DNA of 5,033 nt from Prasinococcaceae sp. CCMP 1430 (Eukaryota; Plantae; Prasinodermophyta). The stretch's first letter is position 1. Each line of letters begins with the position of its first letter. Positions 1 through 5,033 of this stretch are shown here, piece by piece. Where the stretch lies: NCBI GenBank assembly GCA_013416795.1, contig RQSC01000901.1, positions 1 through 5,033 of the forward strand. The letters run 5' to 3'. The notes under the pieces were generated by a model that made no database searches, had not been told where the DNA came from, and worked only from the letters and a program-made list of their open reading frames with translations. Both the position numbers and the translations under genes were made by a program.

Positions 1-14
1 CAACAGAAACAACA

Positions 15-43
15 CCGGGAGGCGGGAGTCGAACCCCTCCCGG
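15..43 (-). promoter_or_regulatory. tRNA T-arm-like hairpin with Pol III B-box (GGTTCGACTCC)
   Basis: Minus strand CCGGGAG-GGG-TTCGACT-CCC-GC-CTCCCGG: 7+3 bp stem, TTCGANT loop, B-box consensus GGTTCGANYCC. No cloverleaf. Confidence 0.6.
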
Positions 44-941
44 GCCCGTACATCCTTGCGCGACCACCCAGAACTCGGGGCGCTGAAGGGAGGGACCCTA
101 TGGGCCCCCTCACAAAAATTTTGGAATCAACCAAGCCAACCGGCCCCTCAGGAACGGCCAAAAGGTGGATAAATGAAATAAACAGCAAAAAGAAACGTGT
201 GATAAAAAAAGAAAATGTGCGATAAAAGGAAAAATGAATAAAAGAACGTGCGATAAAAAGGAAAAAAGCAAATAAACAATTAAAAACAAAGGAAAAACCT
301 GCGGAATCAGCGCACGAATAAGAATGCAGGACATACGAAAACAGGAACAGCACCGGAATGGGTGCAGCGCCAAATCAACTTCAATTTGAAAATAATTCAA
401 AACGATGATTGCCGGTATACCTTCGGCCCAAAAATCCGGCGCAACGTACTTTGGCGGCAACGATGACACAAGCGAAAGCTCTGGATGTTTCTTGATCCAA
501 GACAAGCGCATTTGATAGCAACACAGCACGACAAGCAAGAACCCGCGCCTGACAATGGAACAAGCCAGAGACAACACCGCGGAGGCGCCTTTGAAAGCCG
601 TGACAGTATGACCACCGGAAAATCTATGTAAAAGGGAGACGTCCTTGCAAGTACGCGTATGAAGGCACTGTGATATACAAACAATGGTACCGTAAAATGG
701 TTTATGATTTGCCGCTCCTTGCTAAATGACTCGTGCATTTTCCGGCTTTTGCCGATTGGCTTTTCGCAAAATCCCACTAGGGATGCTTGTGCACTTGGAT
801 AACAAACGCCTGATGCATTGTACGGTGGTACTCAGATTGTACTATACCCAAGGGTGTTGCCCATACGCTACGAGCAGAGGAGCGGTCAAAAAGGCCTCCC
901 TGGCAGCCCCTCTACGCTGCGGCCTTTGACCCCGCGGGGTT

Positions 942-1000
942 ATTGGCCTACGACGCGAATTTTAATTAATATATAATGTAAATTTACCGAGAGCACAGTC
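942..1000 (+). promoter_or_regulatory. Putative Pol II core promoter (reverse CCAAT, TATA-like, Inr-like CAGT)
   Basis: ATTGG 942-946, TATATAA 970-976, CAGTC 996-1000 (TATA starts ~27 nt before A997). All are retained in copy B. Confidence 0.4.
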
Positions 1001-1585
1001 GCTAGAAACCGCGTGGAGCGTGTATTGTTATCGGAGTGTACCGCTGCGTAGATGAGACGGATTGCAGGGTGCACACCCGAGCGAACGGCAGCCGCTAACT
1101 GCCTGTGTGCCTATTTGGGATTTTCCGAAAATTTTTAATCGCTTTTTGGACCGAGCGAAGGGACTTTGGCCCTACTCGCGTCACAATAGGGCCTATACTG
1201 GATGGAAAAGCATCGAAAAGCAGGGCCCCTCTCGCAAAATTTTTTACGAATTCTCAGGACATAGCCGCAGGACCAGTGGTACGCCACTGCGAGGCTATAC
1301 ACAGCACTATGTACAAACATGACACAGCCGTGAACCCCTGTGGCTGGGAAACACGCTTGGCGTGGCGTGACCCAAGCCCAGGTGGTTGGCCTGTGAAGGA
1401 TTAATGCTTGCATCGAACCATGTGCGATCTAGCAGTACGAAAATCGCGTCAACTGTACAACCCTGCCCCGCAAGGGGATGCGTGGCCAGGCGTTGGTGTT
1501 CGGATGTTGGTCTCTGTGTTGTGGAACGCAGGGATGGACGAGCTGCAGAACGAGCTCCGAGGAGGACATAGGATGTTAGAGCACT

Positions 1586-1652
1586 CTGGTCCGATACCCT
1601 ATATCAATCGAAATCCTATGAGACTCCTATCAACCCCTGGTCCGATAACCCT
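1586..1652 (+). repeat. Short imperfect duplication ctggtccgata(a)ccct, 51 bp apart
   Basis: 1586-1600 ctggtccgataccct and 1637-1652 ctggtccgataaccct. Confidence 0.85.
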
Positions 1653-1959
1653 GGAGTGGGCGCTGGGCACGCGACCGTGTCCCAGCCAACTGGTTTCCAC
1701 GCGCTAGGGGTGACATCCAGGTGGGACAAACCTACTGGCCTGTCCTAGGTGGGTCTGCCCGCCGCCTGAAACAGGGCGGTTACGGCTAACACCGAAAGAC
1801 ACGGTACAGGTGAGGGGCCCGAGTGGTGTTAGCCGCCTCCGTGAACCAGCGATGGAGGTATGGGCGATGTTCCGGTGGGAGCCCTGTCGGCAAGGCGCTG
1901 AGCCTCAAGCAGGTGTGTCTATAAACCCTGACCGGTGGAGGCTCCGGCCAACACCGGCA

Positions 1960-2259
1960 GGTCAGTGTGTCACGTCGGTGGCCGATCCGCAGGGCAGCTG
2001 CGTTCGGGCCGAGGCACTGGGGAGACGGCCAATCCCACGTCGGTCACTGGGCAAGGGCGCAACGGCTCATGGGTTGAAGTTGGAATACAGCTCCTCATGC
2101 AGTTTGATCACCTTGACCCTAACATACCACGACACACGCTGTACGGGCAACAGCTACAGAGGCACATGTGCATAATCCCCTACGGAGGGGTCAGTTGTGC
2201 TCCGTCGGTCACCGATCCGCAGTATAGCTGCGTTCGGGCCGAGGCAACTGGGAGGCGGC
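1960..2259 (+). repeat. Two ~70-bp direct repeats (1960-2029, 2189-2259) plus a short partial copy near 2036-2051
   Basis: 44-nt core 1973-2016 vs 2203-2246 (offset 230) with 5 mismatches. Confidence 0.95.
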
Positions 2260-2281
2260 TGTAATGGCCCCTCACACATGA

Positions 2282-2842
2282 TCGCTGGGGCCTTGGCCAA
2301 AGGACAGGACCGGGCACGTCTACCTGTCTCTCTGCGCGAAACAGATGGTGTCGGGATGGCAAGAGACTGATGAGCGCTGCATCCCTTGAAGACTGGGTGG
2401 CCACCTGGCGACATCGTGCGGCCTGTGCGCAAGCAGCACAGCTGATAAATCCTCGCCCGGACAAGACTCGACGACACCTACCGAAGCTCGACGATCGACG
2501 AACGACGCAAAAAATCCTCAGCCAGTTGAGGTCCCGAGTACAGCAAAAAATCCTCCCATCGTGGAGGTCCCCTTCACCGGGGTGAGAACTGGAACTTGGA
2601 ACTTGAATTTAAATCCTAAGCACAAACCCTGTCCACACAGGTCCCTGAGCCGGGGCAACGGGCTGCGAACCATTGGCAATAGAGCTCATGAGATATCTCT
2701 TAAAAAGCTGGGTTCGACCACCCACCCTCCCCGGAATCCTCCTCCCCTGCGGGATGTCCGGAGGAAAAGAATGGCTCTCTGTACATGGAACACTGATGAA
2801 AAAATGGGGGGATCCAGGGTTTTGCACACGGCCGTGTGGTAA
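2282..2842 (+). pseudogene. Decayed gag-like/retroelement reading frame: CCHC zinc knuckle, Pro/Thr-rich linker, possible APE-like N-terminus
   Basis: Frame +2: ...DERC-IP-*-RLGG-H-LATS-C (2378-2419) = C-X2-[TGA]-X4-H-X4-C. Open 2390-2842 (151 codons including the stop). In-frame 36-bp duplication AKNPQPVEVPST/AKNPPIVEVPFT; RRKRMALCTWN ending at 2791. Confidence 0.5.
2507..2578 (+). repeat. 36-bp in-frame tandem duplication
   Basis: gcaaaaaatcctc...gaggtccc at 2507 and 2543. Confidence 0.9.
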
Positions 2843-2977
2843 AAACCAGTGATCACACCGCTCTCTCTTTGCCGCCTATATCAGTGATACTGTCCTGCAG
2901 AGGGCCAGAGACAGTTGAGGTAAAAGCGCTATCGTCCTCCCCCCTGATCATCGAGCACTATGAACGTCCTTTGCGCA

Positions 2978-3002
2978 ACGCCTGATACGCCTATACGCCT
3001 GA
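2978..3002 (+). repeat. Three 8-9-bp tandem units acgcct(g)at
   Basis: acgcctgat / acgcctat / acgcctga. Confidence 0.85.
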
Positions 3003-3147
3003 AACAAAAATATCAGCCGATGGAACGGGGTGGTGGCTCGGTTGAAAAACCGGGGCCGCCACCCGCGGCCTCGGTTTTGCCCAAAACAACCAGAATGAGC
3101 CCCACCGGGTGGTGGAGTGCCCTATACCACGATTGGTAGGGCCGGGT

Positions 3148-3175
3148 TCTCTCTCTCTCTCTCTCTCTCTCTCTC
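3148..3175. repeat. (TC)14 microsatellite
   Basis: Perfect dinucleotide run. Confidence 0.99.
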
Positions 3176-3237
3176 GGGGATAGTGTTGAGGCACTATTCC
3201 GAGATGAGGAGAGGAGGGAGGGATACGTTCCAATAAA
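3172..3237 (+). terminator. Hairpin plus AATAAA, possible 3'-end processing signal
   Basis: tctc-g-gggatagtg/ttgagg/cactattcc-gaga stem (3172-3204); AATAAA at 3232-3237. Confidence 0.3.
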
Positions 3238-3559
3238 GCTTAAAAACATTCAGTTGAAAAAACGACGCAAAAAGCAGCCTGAAAACGCAATGCGCGCCCA
3301 CCCACCTCCCCGTAACCGCCGATCCAACAAGGCCCGGGTCGGGGGACAAACAAAAGCACAAAACAGCAGGAACGGCTGTTCTAAAAATAGAACGAACGAC
3401 CTTTAAACCCCATGGGACGGAGTAAAAACAAGCGCAAACATGGAAAAATTGGTGAAGACACAGGTCATACCAATTCGACCCTAAGACCGAGAAATGAAAC
3501 GGACCACACAACCCAAGCCCCTGGGGGCAAGCTAAAAAGAGGAAAAAACAGAAAAAACA

Positions 3560-3588
3560 CCGGGAGGCGGGATTCGAACCCCTCCCGG
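3560..3588 (-). promoter_or_regulatory. tRNA T-arm-like hairpin with Pol III B-box (GGTTCGAATCC) followed by T6
   Basis: Minus strand CCGGGAG-GGG-TTCGAAT-CCC-GC-CTCCCGG-TG-TTTTTT (A run 3552-3557). Confidence 0.65.
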
Positions 3589-3905
3589 GCCCGCACATCC
3601 TTGCGCGACCACCCAAAACTCAGGGCGCTCGAGGGAAGGACCCTATGGGCCCCTTCGCCAAAAATTTGGAATCAACCAGATAAACCGCTCGCCCAGAAAA
3701 AACAAAAAACACATGAAAAACGGCTGTTCTAAAAATAGAATGGACACTGTCGCACCCCATTGGACGGAGTAAAACCAAGCGCAACACCGAGAAAATTGGT
3801 GAGGACACAGCTCCCACCATTCTGATCCCACAACTGGACGACGAGCCCAACAGCACGGCCCAAGCCCTCGGGGCAGGCTAAAAATAGAAAAAACAGGAAA
3901 AAACA

Positions 3906-3934
3906 CCGGGAGGCGGGATTCGAACCCCTCCCGG
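3906..3934 (-). promoter_or_regulatory. tRNA T-arm-like hairpin with Pol III B-box (GGTTCGAATCC) followed by T6
   Basis: Identical to 3560-3588; A run at 3898-3903. Confidence 0.65.
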
Positions 3935-4872
3935 GCCCACATATCCTCGCGCGACCACCCAAACCTCGGGGCGCTTGAGGGAGGGACCCTATGGGCCCCC
4001 TCACCAAAAATTTGGAACCAACCAAGCAAACCGGTCACTCAGGAACGGCCAAAAGACGGACAAAAGAGACAAACTGCAATAAAGAAACGTGCGATAAAAA
4101 AGAAAAATGTGCGATAAAATAAAAATATTAAAAAACAATTAAAAGCGACGTGCGGTAAAAAAGGAAAAAAGCAAATAAACAATTAAAAACAAAAGAAAAA
4201 CCTGCGGAATCAGCGCACGAATGACAATACAGGAAATACGAAAACGGGAATCACAGGCGCAGCGCCAAATCAATTCAACTTGAAATTCAAAAGCAGTGAC
4301 TGCCGGTATATCTGCGCCAAAAATCCCGCGCAACGAACTTTGGCGGCAAGTTAACGACGCAAGCGACAGCTCTGGCATTTTGACCCGCGACAAGCTCCTT
4401 GAGCAGCAACACCGCAAGACAAGCAAGAACCCACACCGAGAAATGGAACAAGATGGAAGCAACATCGCGGAGGCTCAATCGGAAGCCGTGACAGTATCCT
4501 TTCCACCAAATAAACCGCCGACAGTACATTGAAAAATGGGAGACGTCCTTGCAAGTACGCGGATGAAGACTAATGGGATGTACAAACAACGGTAAATCAT
4601 ATATGCAACAACGAAGAAGAGCTTCTTGATTTTCCGCTTTCTGTTTTAAGCTTTAAAATGTTCCTGCATTTCCGGCTTTTGCCGTTGGTCCTTCGCAAAA
4701 TCCCACTTGGGCCTGTTGTACGTCTGTCAAGCAGGCATCTGATTTCTTATGATGGTACTCAGATAAACTGGTATGAACCCTAAAAGATGCTTCGCCCAGG
4801 CACCACGAGCGGAGGAGCTGTCGCAAAGACCTCCCTGGCGGCAATCTACGCCGCGGCCTTGACCCTGGGGTC

Positions 4873-4929
4873 ATTGGCCTACGACTCGCAATTTTATTAA
4901 TATAATGTAATTTTACCGAGAGCACAGTC
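4873..4929 (+). promoter_or_regulatory. Putative Pol II core promoter, second copy
   Basis: ATTGG 4873-4877, TATAAT 4901-4906, CAGTC 4925-4929. Confidence 0.4.
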
Positions 4930-5033
4930 GCTAGAAACCGCGTGGTGCGTGTATTGTTATCGGAGTGTACCGCTGCGTAGATGAGATGGATTGCAGGGTG
5001 CACACCCGAGCGAACGGCAGCCGCTAACTGCCT

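Larger units (their letters stand above)
1..1104 (+). repeat. Long direct repeat, copy A (truncated by window start); matches ~3892-5033
   Basis: Colinear anchors: caccgggaggcggga (13 vs 3904), cctgcggaatcagcgcacgaat (299 vs 4201), gggagacgtccttgcaagtacgcg (634 vs 4538), cggcttttgccg (743 vs 4673), and 972-1104 vs 4901-5033. Offset drifts from 3891 to ~3930 through indels. Confidence 0.97.
972..3240 (+). mobile_element. Probable internally deleted, non-autonomous non-LTR retrotransposon derivative (boundaries approximate)
   Basis: Near-identical 5' end repeated at 4901+, structured leader, CCHC knuckle plus TWN-type motif remnant, candidate tandem-repeat tail and AATAAA. No RT, TSD or poly(A) tail is seen. 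Inference. Confidence 0.4.
3371..4043 (+). repeat. Two diverged tandem ~347-bp subrepeats (3371-3718, 3719-4043); the 3' part of a further copy is at 1-~155
   Basis: aacggctgttctaaaaatagaa at 3371 and 3719 (period 348); caccgggaggcgggattcgaacccctcccgggccc at 3558 and 3904 (period 346); shared ggacggagtaaaa, gaaaattggtga, cccaagccc, ccctatgggcccc, caaaaatttggaa. Confidence 0.95.
3892..5033 (+). repeat. Long direct repeat, copy B (truncated by window end); matches 1-1104
   Basis: Same anchors as copy A; window ends at gctaactgcct, equal to 1094-1104. Confidence 0.97.

Noticed and set aside
15-100. Full tRNA gene at the B-box hairpins
   Set aside because: The T-arm extends as one hairpin; no D-arm, anticodon arm or separate acceptor stem can be built.
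113-125. Sm-site-like AATTTTGGA in the subrepeats
   Set aside because: No spliced-leader or snRNA body is recognisable around it.
110-777. Minus-strand ORFs 110-577, 381-563, 397-777
   Set aside because: Phe/Leu/Ser/Cys-rich products of the T-rich minus strand, with no domain; frames are not preserved in repeat copy B.
946-954. gcctacgac resembling a 5S rRNA 5' end; cggcttttgccg (743) resembling a U2 or histone stem-loop
   Set aside because: The matches do not extend; there is no downstream gene body or correct stem consensus.
1679-1727. HDV-like ribozyme (GTCCCA...TGGGAC P2-like pair, TCCACGC L3-like)
   Set aside because: P3, P1 and P1.1 could not be assembled in the required order by eye.
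1974-2227. Additional zinc knuckles from repeated VGH/GHWARA peptides
   Set aside because: The Cys residues are missing, and frame +2 has stops at 2075, 2105, 2114 and 2225.
2367-2800. Hammerhead cores CTGATGA at 2367 and 2793
   Set aside because: No stem II followed by GAAA, and no matching cleavage helix.
2798-2812. Polypurine tract and LTR-retrotransposon model for the long repeats
   Set aside because: Not adjacent to a repeat start, no TG...CA termini or PBS, and identity between the long repeats is very uneven.
987-3177. 7-bp inverted termini ccgagag (987) / ctctcgg (3171)
   Set aside because: Too short, overlaps the microsatellite, and has no TSD.
2501-3273. 13-bp match aacgacgcaaaaa at 2501 and 3261
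   Set aside because: A-rich and within chance expectation for a 5-kb window.
3013-4589. ORFs over the microsatellite and subrepeats (e.g. 3194-3616, 3412-3732, 3643-4038, 4139-4465, 4296-4532)
   Set aside because: Low-complexity shadows of compositional skew; indels between repeat copies break the frames.

Overview
Repeat-rich, most likely eukaryotic DNA with no intact protein-coding, rRNA or tRNA gene that I can support. The window covers about 1.3 periods of a ~3.9-kb direct repeat: 1-1104 recurs at ~3892-5033. The upstream part is ~75-90% identical by eye with indels, but the last 133 bp are 130/133 identical. One unit reads, on the + strand: (i) an A-rich spacer with ~347-bp subrepeats, each carrying a tRNA T-arm/B-box-like hairpin on the - strand; (ii) an ATTGG/TATA/CAGT core-promoter-like cluster where identity between the long copies jumps; (iii) a ~1-kb hairpin-dense non-coding leader; (iv) a decayed frame +2 reading frame with a CCHC zinc knuckle (2nd Cys mutated to TGA), an in-frame 12-codon duplication and a possible APE-endonuclease-like 'ALCTWN' start; (v) short tandem repeats, (TC)14, a hairpin and AATAAA. 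My best inference is an internally deleted, non-autonomous non-LTR retroelement derivative. It is either tandemly arrayed or repeatedly inserted at the same site of an older satellite. No RT domain is visible. Family and host could not be identified without database searches.
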